IMG/VR virus record: IMGVR_UViG_3300025536_000017
Span: 1 to 58,995 of that record
DNA: 58,995 nucleotides
Strand: one strand, 5' to 3'
DNA from: a virus
Lineage: Duplodnaviria; Caudoviricetes
In this document: in pieces, positions 46,234 through 55,090 of the stretch
How positions within the stretch are numbered: position 1 is the stretch's first letter
Layout of the letters: every line of letters starts with the position of its first letter
Position numbers and translations under genes: made by a program
The notes under the pieces: generated by a model
Told to the model about the DNA's origin: nothing
The model's input: only the letters and a program-made list of their open reading frames with translations
Database searches by the model: none

Positions 46234-47166
46234 ATGAACAACGCAATCAACGAAACACACAACACCAAACATCCAACTAAAGAATTAACATCACCAATAC
46301 GTTGTGAGATTAACAGTATACAAAAACTTATTCTTAATAGATTTAAGCTGCAAGGGCTAACATCTGAGGTTGTAAGGATTACTCCGGCGATGGCGGAATA
46401 TATCCTTTTTAATTATAATGATGGAAACAGACCAAGAACTAAGAATCATGTTGATCGTCTCGCGAAAATTATAAAAAGCGGGGAGTTTATTACAACATCT
46501 CAAGGTATCTCATTTTCATCTAATAGAAAACTATTAGATGGGCAGCATCGCTTAGCTGCAATTGCTCAATCAGGTGTCGCTGTTGAAATTTACGTTACGT
46601 TTGGAGTGCATCCAAGTGCGTTTTCTGTCTATGACACTGGAAAAAAACGCGGCGCAGCAGATGCTTTTCATATTGCAGGACTAAAGAACACAAAACCACT
46701 CGCCGCAGCCGCGCGCCTATTGGAGGCGGTTGAACTAGGAAAGTGCAATGGTGATTTAACAATATCAAATCAAAGAGCGTTAGAGATTGTTTCAGAGCAT
46801 CCATACTTGGATGAAGCGGCATCTATTGGTGGGGCGATTGCAAAAAAACTAAAATTTCAGGAATCCGCTGCAATTGTTGGTATTTATTCGATACTGCATC
46901 ACTCAAAAATAGCCAATAAACTTGATGAATTTGTTGGTAAGTTAACCGTTGGGGATAATCTCGAAAAAAATTCTCCAATTTTAACCCTCAGAAACGGACT
47001 TATTGGCATTAAGGGACGACGCTCGTTTGAGGGTGACTTACGCGGCGGTATCCCGCGAGCCGCGTCTACGGCGGCTCATATAATCTTAGCATGGAACGCT
47101 TGGGTTAATGGGAGAAAAACATTCATTAAATGGAATCACACTAACGATTTCCCTGAAGCTGAGTAA
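46234..47166 (+). CDS. ParB-like N-terminal (DGQHR-type) domain protein
   Basis: ITP.MAE...NRP......RLA......F......I.F....LLDGQHRLAAI...D.GKKR; low GC. Confidence 0.65.
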   Translation: MNNAINETHNTKHPTKELTSPIRCEINSIQKLILNRFKLQGLTSEVVRITPAMAEYILFNYNDGNRPRTKNHVDRLAKIIKSGEFITTSQGISFSSNRKLLDGQHRLAAIAQSGVAVEIYVTFGVHPSAFSVYDTGKKRGAADAFHIAGLKNTKPLAAAARLLEAVELGKCNGDLTISNQRALEIVSEHPYLDEAASIGGAIAKKLKFQESAAIVGIYSILHHSKIANKLDEFVGKLTVGDNLEKNSPILTLRNGLIGIKGRRSFEGDLRGGIPRAASTAAHIILAWNAWVNGRKTFIKWNHTNDFPEAE

Positions 47167-47223
47167 TGTTAAGGGCTACCACTACCCCCGATGGCTTGCA
47201 TTTGTGAAATAGAGGGAAACCAA

Positions 47224-47760
47224 ATGAACATCATGCTTGATCTTGAAACACTATCATCGCGGCACGATGCGGCTATCGTCGCGATTGGAGCGTGCACCTT
47301 TGATAAGTATATTGAAGGTTGGTATATGCACAGAGCAACATTCTACATTCCGGTGATTCCATCTAGCTCGCAGGCGCTTGGGTTCCACGTTGATGCTAAG
47401 ACTGTGCAATGGTGGGTTAAGCAGTCTGACGAGGCGCGAGCTGTTCTCAACGATTCTGAAGCTGTTACGTTGGTGGAAGCCCTAGAAAAATTTGCTTCCT
47501 TCTGCCACGCAAACGGCCCGGCGGTTGTATGGGGGAACGGCGCTACCTTCGACAATGTGATATTGCGCAACGCTTACGATCGCGCCGGGATCGCAGCTCC
47601 GTGGTCCTATCGTAGCGACATGTGCTACCGCACGCTGAAGAACCTGCGGCCCGACATCTCTTTCGAGCCGCATGGAACAGCACACAACGCGCTCGACGAC
47701 GCAGTAGCTCAGGCGCGCCACGCCGAGCGCATTGTGGCAGCTATGAACAACCAAGGATAA
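47224..47760 (+). CDS. 3'-5' exonuclease (DEDDh/DnaQ-like)
   Basis: MLDLETL, WGNGATFD, HNALDDA. Confidence 0.85.
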   Translation: MNIMLDLETLSSRHDAAIVAIGACTFDKYIEGWYMHRATFYIPVIPSSSQALGFHVDAKTVQWWVKQSDEARAVLNDSEAVTLVEALEKFASFCHANGPAVVWGNGATFDNVILRNAYDRAGIAAPWSYRSDMCYRTLKNLRPDISFEPHGTAHNALDDAVAQARHAERIVAAMNNQG

Positions 47761-47949
47761 CGCCTCCCTGCATTTGAGGGCGACGTGGGGAATCCCAACA
47801 ACGGCAAGCTAGGATCGGTGGGAGGCGGGCGCACCAAACCGCGTCGAATGTTGAACCGCACAATCCATAAGCGATCCCCACAATAAACTTATAGGTGAAT
47901 CAGATGAAAAAGTTTCGCGAAAATACAAGCAGAATGAAAGGAAAAACAA

Positions 47950-48345
47950 ATGAGTGACTTCACAGTTACAACATATGCGAAAACCAAGGACGAGCTTGGA
48001 CGACTCGTCGCCACGCTAGCGAGCGACGGATTCAGTTTCGTCGTGGAGGCAAATGGCAGCAAGTCTGGAGCTGCCTTTGTCGAGCCGGTGAAGGCAAAGC
48101 GCTATGACGTGGAAAAGAATGGTCATTGCGTCTACAAGAGCGAGCCTAAACCAGACGCTAAGCACACATTCAATGCGTTTCGAAACACGTTTGGAATCGG
48201 AAACAGCTTCACGCTTCACGATTTTGTCAAAGCCTTGGAGGCAAATGGCTACAAGGCTTCGTCGGCGTCGCCGTCGCTCTCGCGACTGAGGTTCGGAGGC
48301 TATATCATCGCCAACGACCAGGGGAGCTACACGCGCGTCAAGTGA
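47950..48345 (+). CDS. Hypothetical protein, possible C-terminal winged helix
   Basis: AAGGA RBS; FTLHDFVKALEANGYKASSASPSLSRL...GYI....GSY. Confidence 0.55.
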   Translation: MSDFTVTTYAKTKDELGRLVATLASDGFSFVVEANGSKSGAAFVEPVKAKRYDVEKNGHCVYKSEPKPDAKHTFNAFRNTFGIGNSFTLHDFVKALEANGYKASSASPSLSRLRFGGYIIANDQGSYTRVK

Positions 48346-48381
48346 TGTGCTACCATGAGGCGTTAGATAGGAGACAATGCC

Positions 48382-48648
48382 ATGACAAAGGGTGATAAAA
48401 ATTTAGTGTTTGTTCTTGCTGTAATCGCGATCAACGTCGCGATCATCATCGCCGGCGCTATTGCTCAAATGGCTCGTGCGGAAGACTACAACTCGCAGAC
48501 ATTTGGCAACCAGACGTATTACAACGGCAGCGACGGCTATAGTGGCAACTCGCAGACGTTCGGCAACCAAACATATTACCACGACAACCAAGGAAACAAC
48601 TGCACGACATCAAGATATGGAAGCACGTCCTACACGAATTGCGACTGA
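48382..48648 (+). CDS. Small exported/membrane protein with a duplicated NSQTFGNQTYY motif
   Basis: AGGAG RBS; N-terminal TM/signal, 2 repeats, 2 Cys. Confidence 0.65.
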   Translation: MTKGDKNLVFVLAVIAINVAIIIAGAIAQMARAEDYNSQTFGNQTYYNGSDGYSGNSQTFGNQTYYHDNQGNNCTTSRYGSTSYTNCD

Positions 48649-48668
48649 ATGCGTCGATCTCAACAAGC

Positions 48669-48695
48669 AAGCCGGCCTAGCGCCGGCTTTTTTTT
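48669..48695 (+). terminator. Intrinsic terminator at the convergence of the two arms
   Basis: AAGCCGGC-CTAGC-GCCGGCTT followed by a T tract. Confidence 0.85.
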
Positions 48696-51210
48696 ATTTC
48701 GCTCCGTCCCATTTCAACCCACGACCGTAAACTCGTTTAACTCGATGATTGCCTTTCCTAGCTTCTTCCTTCTCCTTGTCGCTTGTGCAGTCGCGGATGA
48801 TCTCTGCGTCAACCGCGCTACAGATCGCGTCGTCGATCTCGCGCGGCCGATATTTCTTATTGTTCCTCTGAATCTCGGCCCTAGAGATGCGACCTCTCTG
48901 CCCCTTCATTCCTAATTGCTCAACGATTCGGTTGATTAAAGCCTCGTGCTGGCTTCCAGAGATGTGTTTGCTTGCGCCGCTGTAAAGCGCTTGGGCTGAG
49001 TAGTTTGCAACACCAATGCCCCACAACATGTCCTCGCGAGAAACCTTCAGGCGACCGCAGCTAATGGCCATAATGGCGGCAAGTCGAACCGCCTGCTCTG
49101 GCGTGCGCTTAACGTATTCCTCAATCTTTGGGTGATCGGAAACATAATCAGCAATCATATTGCAATGCTTATTATATGTATTTAGCACCTCATCATCTTC
49201 CCAATCAACCAATATTGGATTTGCAATATCTTTATTGTCACTTGGACCATTGAGCCCAGGCAAATGTTCCGCACCAAATTCGCCGATATTAGTTAGCTGC
49301 TCTACTATGCTGTCACGCGGAATTGGAATCATGGTTGATTTACGATTTGCAATACTCTCGTTCTCATTCTTGCGGGTGATGTTAGACGGCATTTGAATTA
49401 CGAGAAATCGGTTTGCAAATCCGCTCTTGATATCAATACCAGAAAATGCGCTCCAAAATTTATCATGCGTAGACAATCCAACAATGCTAACTGCCGGGTG
49501 CTTGATTGTTGACGCCTCACCTTTGCCGACATCATCGACATATGCCGTCGCCTCATACTTTCCTGTGTTAATTCCCCACAAATCCATCAATATGGTTGAA
49601 ATCAATCTCATGTGCTCGGACGAGCGCGGTCCATTGAATGTTGATATAATGTCGCCGATCTCATCCATAAACAACATAGAGGCAGCGCCGCCTGTTTTAA
49701 TATGCCTTTCCAGTGTGCTTGCAGATGTATAGCGACCCGGCTTGATTCGTGACTTGAATTTATTATTCGCCTTTCTACCTTTTGGCGGATTGTCACAAAC
49801 ATAATCAGTGATCTCACGAATCCATCTATGGATGGAAGCCTTGCCTGAACCGGTGCCACCAAGAAACGCTATGTATGCGTGTAGCCCTGTGCCAGTCTCG
49901 CTCGGCCCGATGAAATGGCGTGCGGTAAAGTTTATCATTACGCCCAATGCGATCACGAATGCCGATGTTCGATTTGGCGTAAGCTTTTTTTCGAGCAACC
50001 AATCGATAATGTCGCCCATGACGCCGTATTGAATATCCGTCAGGTCTGACGGAAACGGTAATAGGCCCTCCACCTCGCTCAGATCGAACAGCCCTGGGAG
50101 AGGTTGCTGCTGCGGCTCTGCGGGCGTCGCCTGTGCGGACTCGGCTAGGGACTGGCCATCCGTGGGTCGATCTTCCTTTGGCGAATCCTGGGCGCTCTCT
50201 GCGGCGCGCTCCACCTCCTCGTCGCTGATCGGCGCAGGATCGTAATGGCGATCGTCGAGCGGGCCTCGTGGCGCTAGCCGACCCTTGCGCAGGCCGGAGC
50301 GGATCGACTTCCGGCATTGCGTCGGTCCGTCATCCTTCCATAAGCCGTTCTGGCGGCACGCGCCCTCGAACGCCGCAAAGATCGGCGCTTCCTCGATCCA
50401 ACCAGCTCCGACCATCGTTCCAAGATGATATGCCTTCGCATTTAGGAAGTTGTTTCGCATCTCCCTCTGTGCGGCGACTTCATCAGCGGCCTTGGTCAAC
50501 GATTCAAGCGCGTATTCGCGTTCGCGCTTTGTGATATCCGTCTTCGTCTTTGGTGGTTCGTTGTTTGGAACCCTCTCTGCGAACTCGGCTTCGAGAGTCC
50601 AGGCCTTGCGCTCATCTACCGTCGCCAGTTCCTCGCCGCGCCTGAATAGCGCCGCCATCAATATAGGAGCTGGATTTATGTCGTCAGATGAACCAGCGAC
50701 TTGTTTCCCAGTGACAGAAAAGTATCGCCTGCCGCGATAAATCTCGATGCGTGCGCCCTTGAAGATTCGCGAGCGCTTGCCGCCTAAGTCCCATTTTCCT
50801 TCGCACAGAAAGTGCAGCCCCTTGTTGCTCGGCGTGATCTCGCAATAGGTCTCCGCGAGCAGTGGCAAAATCCATTCATCGATCTCGCCTTTGTCATTGA
50901 TGCAGCCGTCGATATCGACTGCGGTTATGCCATCGCTCGTAACTCCGCACTCGGGATCGTCGTCTGTGAACGCATAGCCGAGTCCAGCAAGCTCGTTGAA
51001 GTGCGCGCGATAAAAATCCTTGGCAAATTCGTAGCTCGCCCATGAGGCCGGATCACTAGAGCTTCCAGCCCTGCCGGTGAACGGATTGATCGGAACCTTG
51101 CGCGCCTTCTTACCGTCGCCGGCATCGCGAAACTCCCACGCAAGCCATTGGGGGCGGCGCGCAAGTCTCTCAAGCGCCGGGGGTAGGCGCTGTTCATTTG
51201 AATCTGGCAT
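48694..51210 (-). CDS. Primase-polymerase (NrS-1-like AEP) with C-terminal DUF3987-like P-loop domain
   Basis: QWLAW...KVP.NP, VDIDGC, E.TPS.KGLH, IEIY...RYFSVTG; GGTGSGK and FMDEIG. Confidence 0.85.
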   Translation of the reverse strand: MPDSNEQRLPPALERLARRPQWLAWEFRDAGDGKKARKVPINPFTGRAGSSSDPASWASYEFAKDFYRAHFNELAGLGYAFTDDDPECGVTSDGITAVDIDGCINDKGEIDEWILPLLAETYCEITPSNKGLHFLCEGKWDLGGKRSRIFKGARIEIYRGRRYFSVTGKQVAGSSDDINPAPILMAALFRRGEELATVDERKAWTLEAEFAERVPNNEPPKTKTDITKREREYALESLTKAADEVAAQREMRNNFLNAKAYHLGTMVGAGWIEEAPIFAAFEGACRQNGLWKDDGPTQCRKSIRSGLRKGRLAPRGPLDDRHYDPAPISDEEVERAAESAQDSPKEDRPTDGQSLAESAQATPAEPQQQPLPGLFDLSEVEGLLPFPSDLTDIQYGVMGDIIDWLLEKKLTPNRTSAFVIALGVMINFTARHFIGPSETGTGLHAYIAFLGGTGSGKASIHRWIREITDYVCDNPPKGRKANNKFKSRIKPGRYTSASTLERHIKTGGAASMLFMDEIGDIISTFNGPRSSEHMRLISTILMDLWGINTGKYEATAYVDDVGKGEASTIKHPAVSIVGLSTHDKFWSAFSGIDIKSGFANRFLVIQMPSNITRKNENESIANRKSTMIPIPRDSIVEQLTNIGEFGAEHLPGLNGPSDNKDIANPILVDWEDDEVLNTYNKHCNMIADYVSDHPKIEEYVKRTPEQAVRLAAIMAISCGRLKVSREDMLWGIGVANYSAQALYSGASKHISGSQHEALINRIVEQLGMKGQRGRISRAEIQRNNKKYRPREIDDAICSAVDAEIIRDCTSDKEKEEARKGNHRVKRVYGRGLKWDGAK

Positions 51211-51243
51211 GTTCCGCCGGTGATGGGAGTCAGAAAGTTCTGA

Positions 51244-51627
51244 TTATCGGCCCGCGACCATAGGGCGCGTCAATCTCTTTTCTAGGTCCAAGCCGAATCC
51301 ATCGATAACCTCTTGTAAAAACTTAATCCACTGGTCGCGATCAAGCGCGGCAAGATCGGTTTTTCCGATGCGGTCGAGGTAAGCCCCGGCGCGATCTCCT
51401 GCGGCGATGAGCGCGTCCTGTTCTTGTTTTTCCCACTCTCTTGGGTGCATGCCTACAGCCTCCACCAGATGTTGTGTGTGCGCCTCGCAAGCCCAAGCGA
51501 TTCGCTTTACGCGCGGCGCGACGTGTCGCCCGAACGGCCCGGAGATGCGCCGGCAAACGCAGCAGATCGCAGTCGCCGTGCGATTTTCGGGGAACGATTT
51601 GAGTTTCGTGTTGGTGAGCTGACTCAA
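51244..51627 (-). CDS. DUF6511-like Zn-binding protein
   Basis: CCVC...C; AG.YL..IGKTDLA.L...QW..F. Confidence 0.65.
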   Translation of the reverse strand: MSQLTNTKLKSFPENRTATAICCVCRRISGPFGRHVAPRVKRIAWACEAHTQHLVEAVGMHPREWEKQEQDALIAAGDRAGAYLDRIGKTDLAALDRDQWIKFLQEVIDGFGLDLEKRLTRPMVAGR

Positions 51628-54572
51628 AACGGAATGTCCTCGTCCATCGTGTAGTAGGATCGGCCAACTTGCTCGTCTGTGATGCGATACTCGCGTTGAA
51701 TCTTTCGCGCCATCGCCATCGCCGATTCGGCCTCAGATGGCGTGCATCCATTGGCGACGGTCTTCAGGCGCAATGCTCGAACGTGATCTATTTTCTTCCC
51801 GCGCTCTGCCTCATATGATGCATTCGGCGGCTCATAAACATAGCTGTCGCGATCATCTGGATAATCTCCCATTTCGACAGAAACCACCTGAGGGTATTTG
51901 CCGTTCATGTGAATGAGCACGCCGGTAACGATTCTCAGCTCGTGCGGCGCGCGCGCAATTCCCTCAGCGACCGTCTTCGGCGCTGGCATTTTGCCGCCGC
52001 GCTGCTTCCACCACATGACGGCTTTGTTTTTGGCGTAGCCTGTATGCTCGAAGCACACCCATTCGCTTGCGCATGTGAAGCCATAGAAATATTCAGCGCG
52101 CATTGAATCGGTGCCGCCGCCAGTTTTGGCGTGGCGCGTGTAGATGGTTTTCGTTATCTGCTTAAATTTCGATTGAGTTTTTTCATTCGACAGGATCGGC
52201 GCGTCTTCGTCCGCGCGCGCTTCGTGTTTAGCTGGATCGTGTGGATAGACATAATTGCATTCAGGACACTCTCTGAGGCGTGACTGAATGTAGCTACGGC
52301 ACTGTGGGCATACCTTGTAGGTTGGCTCCACATCTTCCTGCTTTGATGATCCTGCCTTCTGACCGCGCTTAGGTTTAATCGCGTCTAGCGGACCATGTCG
52401 CGCAACATTTCCAGAGAAATCGAGAATGAGCGCATTCGGCTTTGGCCCTGCCGCAATAGCTGCATGACGGCCTTCCTCGGTCGACAGATCATATCCATCA
52501 GCATAGACGGGCCTGAACGCGCGACCAGTCATTTGCGCATACAGTGATGCAGATAGTGTAGGGCGAAGGTGTGCGAGTAGATCGACATGCGGCGCGTTAA
52601 ATCCGGTTGTGAGAACGCCGACGCTCGTTAGTGCTCGAATGTGACGCGCTTTGAATCCATTTATGAAGCTCGCGCGATCAGAATCGGAAATTCGGCTGTG
52701 GACACATTCACATGAGACGTTGTGGCGTTTGATCTCATCTCGAACCTGTTCGGCATGGTCGATACTAACGCAAAAGATGAGCCAACCTTGCCGGCTGTGC
52801 CCATATTCAACGATCTCCTTAACCGCAGCCTCTACGACCGTTGGGATGCGCGCGCGCTCGTCTAGCTGTTCTTCGTTGAACTCTCCACCTCGCTTGCCGA
52901 TACCGGCCGTGTCAATTTGCGTTAGTGTCGCCTTCGAAATTAGCGGCGACAGGTATCCTTGATTGATTAAGTCAAGCACATTGGCGTCGTAAACGATGTC
53001 ATTAAAGATCGCATCGTCACCTTTTACCAGCGAGCCTGAGTCCAGGCGGAACGGCGTCGCCGTGAATCCGGCGACACGCATATCTGGAACGGCGGTTTTA
53101 CACTCAGAGATGAAGCGCCCATACATGGTTTGCGAGCTGCGAGGAATCAAATGACACTCATCGACCAAGAGAAGATCGAAGCCACCAAGCATACTGACCT
53201 TTTTATAAACGCTTTGAATTGACATAAATAAAATTTGCGATTGACGATCGCGGCGATTAAGTCCAGCGGAGTAAATTCCAGCCGGAGCCTGATTCCATAC
53301 TGAAAAAAGTTCTGCAATATTCTGTCCAACCAGCTCTTTTACATGGGTTACTATCCCGATGCGAATATCAGGAAACGCCTCGATAAGTTCTTTACACAAT
53401 GAAGCGATAACTAAAGACTTTCCGCTGTTGTGGTGAACAACAAAATCCGATGTAAGATAAAGATGATCTCCATCAAGCTCGAATCCAAAAAAATCATCTT
53501 CTCCGATAGGGGATATATCGAATCCAGTAACAAGCGGATTCTTCTTTTGTTGCCTAGGTGACGCTTTTTTTCTTTTGACGCGAGTTGGTATTTGATCTAT
53601 ATCCCCGGATATATGAACGCGATAATATACACCACCAGCGCCAGTTTGGCAGAATTTTTCACACTCAGATACCGATCCAAACATACCAAGACTTCTAACG
53701 ATAAATACAACGTCTTCAGACAATGTTTTTGATTTTGAGATAAAATCGAAACCCTTTCCGTCATAATGCCCATCAGTATCCAATAGTCCGGCCAGAATTT
53801 CCAGTCGCGTGTAGCGCGATCCGGTCTTATATTCGTTAGGAACAAATTTATGCTCAGACCTACAGCCCCATATACCGAGAATCCTCAAGTCAGTTGTCAA
53901 CCTATTTGAACCATTAATCTTATTTGGATCAGAAAAATGAACAGTCCATGCTTTGTTGTCTGAATCCTTTGTTACTCGGTATCTCAGACCAATGCTTTCT
54001 GCATAGTCGCACACTTCATCTAAAACCTCAGCGTCAGCTTTTGTTATTGATGGCTGACCGTTAGTTAGACTGCCATCACCAATCAACGCACCCAATATCC
54101 ACGCCGGTATTATCGGTTCGTCTTTAGGTGAGAAGTTAACCGCAGATCGCCATAATTTACGTAGATGCTTCCAGCTCCTTGACTTACGAAGATAATCGTT
54201 AACAGATATTGATTCTATTCCGCCGGCTTTGGTTGATGATTGAAAATTCTTGCCTTCATTGGTTGTCTTTAGTGATAATATATGACCTTCATTTACAACA
54301 AATTGTTCTCCCTTCTTAGGAGAGATTCTATACATCATTTCTCGTCCACGATGAAGGCGATTAACTACTCTCGGTAGACTGTCTGGCCCAACAAGAGTAT
54401 CTCCAATAACAACGTCTTCAACAAGTTTTGTTGACCCATCAAGCATAATTACGCGAGTTCCTGGCGCGTGGCACCCGGTAGGAAGAACTAAAAGCCCATT
54501 CTTTCCACCATCACTCCAGTATGAGTAAAGCGCATCGATAGCGTCGCGCTGATACTGTCGGCACTGTTTCAT
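51624..54572 (-). CDS. SF2 (DEAD/DEAH-like) helicase with intein, Zn ribbon and C-terminal DUF2786-like tail
   Basis: RQYQ, PTG|intein|SGKS, DECH, TATP, QMTGRAFR, CPQC..CPEC, KIDHVRAL...GCTPSEAESAM..A. Confidence 0.9.
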   Translation of the reverse strand: MKQCRQYQRDAIDALYSYWSDGGKNGLLVLPTGCHAPGTRVIMLDGSTKLVEDVVIGDTLVGPDSLPRVVNRLHRGREMMYRISPKKGEQFVVNEGHILSLKTTNEGKNFQSSTKAGGIESISVNDYLRKSRSWKHLRKLWRSAVNFSPKDEPIIPAWILGALIGDGSLTNGQPSITKADAEVLDEVCDYAESIGLRYRVTKDSDNKAWTVHFSDPNKINGSNRLTTDLRILGIWGCRSEHKFVPNEYKTGSRYTRLEILAGLLDTDGHYDGKGFDFISKSKTLSEDVVFIVRSLGMFGSVSECEKFCQTGAGGVYYRVHISGDIDQIPTRVKRKKASPRQQKKNPLVTGFDISPIGEDDFFGFELDGDHLYLTSDFVVHHNSGKSLVIASLCKELIEAFPDIRIGIVTHVKELVGQNIAELFSVWNQAPAGIYSAGLNRRDRQSQILFMSIQSVYKKVSMLGGFDLLLVDECHLIPRSSQTMYGRFISECKTAVPDMRVAGFTATPFRLDSGSLVKGDDAIFNDIVYDANVLDLINQGYLSPLISKATLTQIDTAGIGKRGGEFNEEQLDERARIPTVVEAAVKEIVEYGHSRQGWLIFCVSIDHAEQVRDEIKRHNVSCECVHSRISDSDRASFINGFKARHIRALTSVGVLTTGFNAPHVDLLAHLRPTLSASLYAQMTGRAFRPVYADGYDLSTEEGRHAAIAAGPKPNALILDFSGNVARHGPLDAIKPKRGQKAGSSKQEDVEPTYKVCPQCRSYIQSRLRECPECNYVYPHDPAKHEARADEDAPILSNEKTQSKFKQITKTIYTRHAKTGGGTDSMRAEYFYGFTCASEWVCFEHTGYAKNKAVMWWKQRGGKMPAPKTVAEGIARAPHELRIVTGVLIHMNGKYPQVVSVEMGDYPDDRDSYVYEPPNASYEAERGKKIDHVRALRLKTVANGCTPSEAESAMAMARKIQREYRITDEQVGRSYYTMDEDIPF
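53427..54473 (-). mobile_element. Intein with LAGLIDADG homing endonuclease in the helicase Walker A
   Basis: PTG|CHAPGT...FVVHHN|SGKS; NEGHIL block B; GALIGDG and AGLLDTDG; 349 aa; low GC. Confidence 0.93.
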
Positions 54573-55090
54573 CTATATGCCTTCTTCAGCAAACGCTTAT
54601 CCATACCAGGTGTGGGTCTGTAAGCGACGCGCATGTGATATTTACAATACGGCAGGCCAATACTCGCAACATCGCATCCGCAAAAGGCGAAGTCTTCGCT
54701 CCTTGGGTCTCCAATCGGATAGTGGCAGTGCTGTGTTTGAAGATCGGCCAACACGATCATTTTTGGATTTTCATCCGGTAATTCATGGCTTTCTATTACA
54801 TCACAGCGCATTGAATAGCAATCAGAAAAATCTGATTTGAGCGGCGCGTTTTTTTTCAGAATTTTCTTGTTTGAATTAGCCTTTGCTGGCGGATGGCCGT
54901 TGCCTTTTCCGGTTAGCGAAACGTCAAACCCATGCCGGCGCAGCATGTGAACCTTGCCTATAATGGCGTTGCGGGACACACCTAAGCGCTCCACGCAATC
55001 GCTCGTTTTTGTTCCATCGTTCAGCAATCTAATTAGCTCATCGACCTTCTTCCTTGGCCATGATTTCGAATACGGATTACCTTCTCTCAT
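54569..55090 (-). CDS. gcrA: GcrA cell-cycle regulator homologue
   Basis: W....V..L......G......LGVSRNAIIGKVH.L HTH; L.DL....C.YPIGDP...FAFCG.......YC..H...AY. Confidence 0.88.
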   Translation of the reverse strand: MREGNPYSKSWPRKKVDELIRLLNDGTKTSDCVERLGVSRNAIIGKVHMLRRHGFDVSLTGKGNGHPPAKANSNKKILKKNAPLKSDFSDCYSMRCDVIESHELPDENPKMIVLADLQTQHCHYPIGDPRSEDFAFCGCDVASIGLPYCKYHMRVAYRPTPGMDKRLLKKAYR

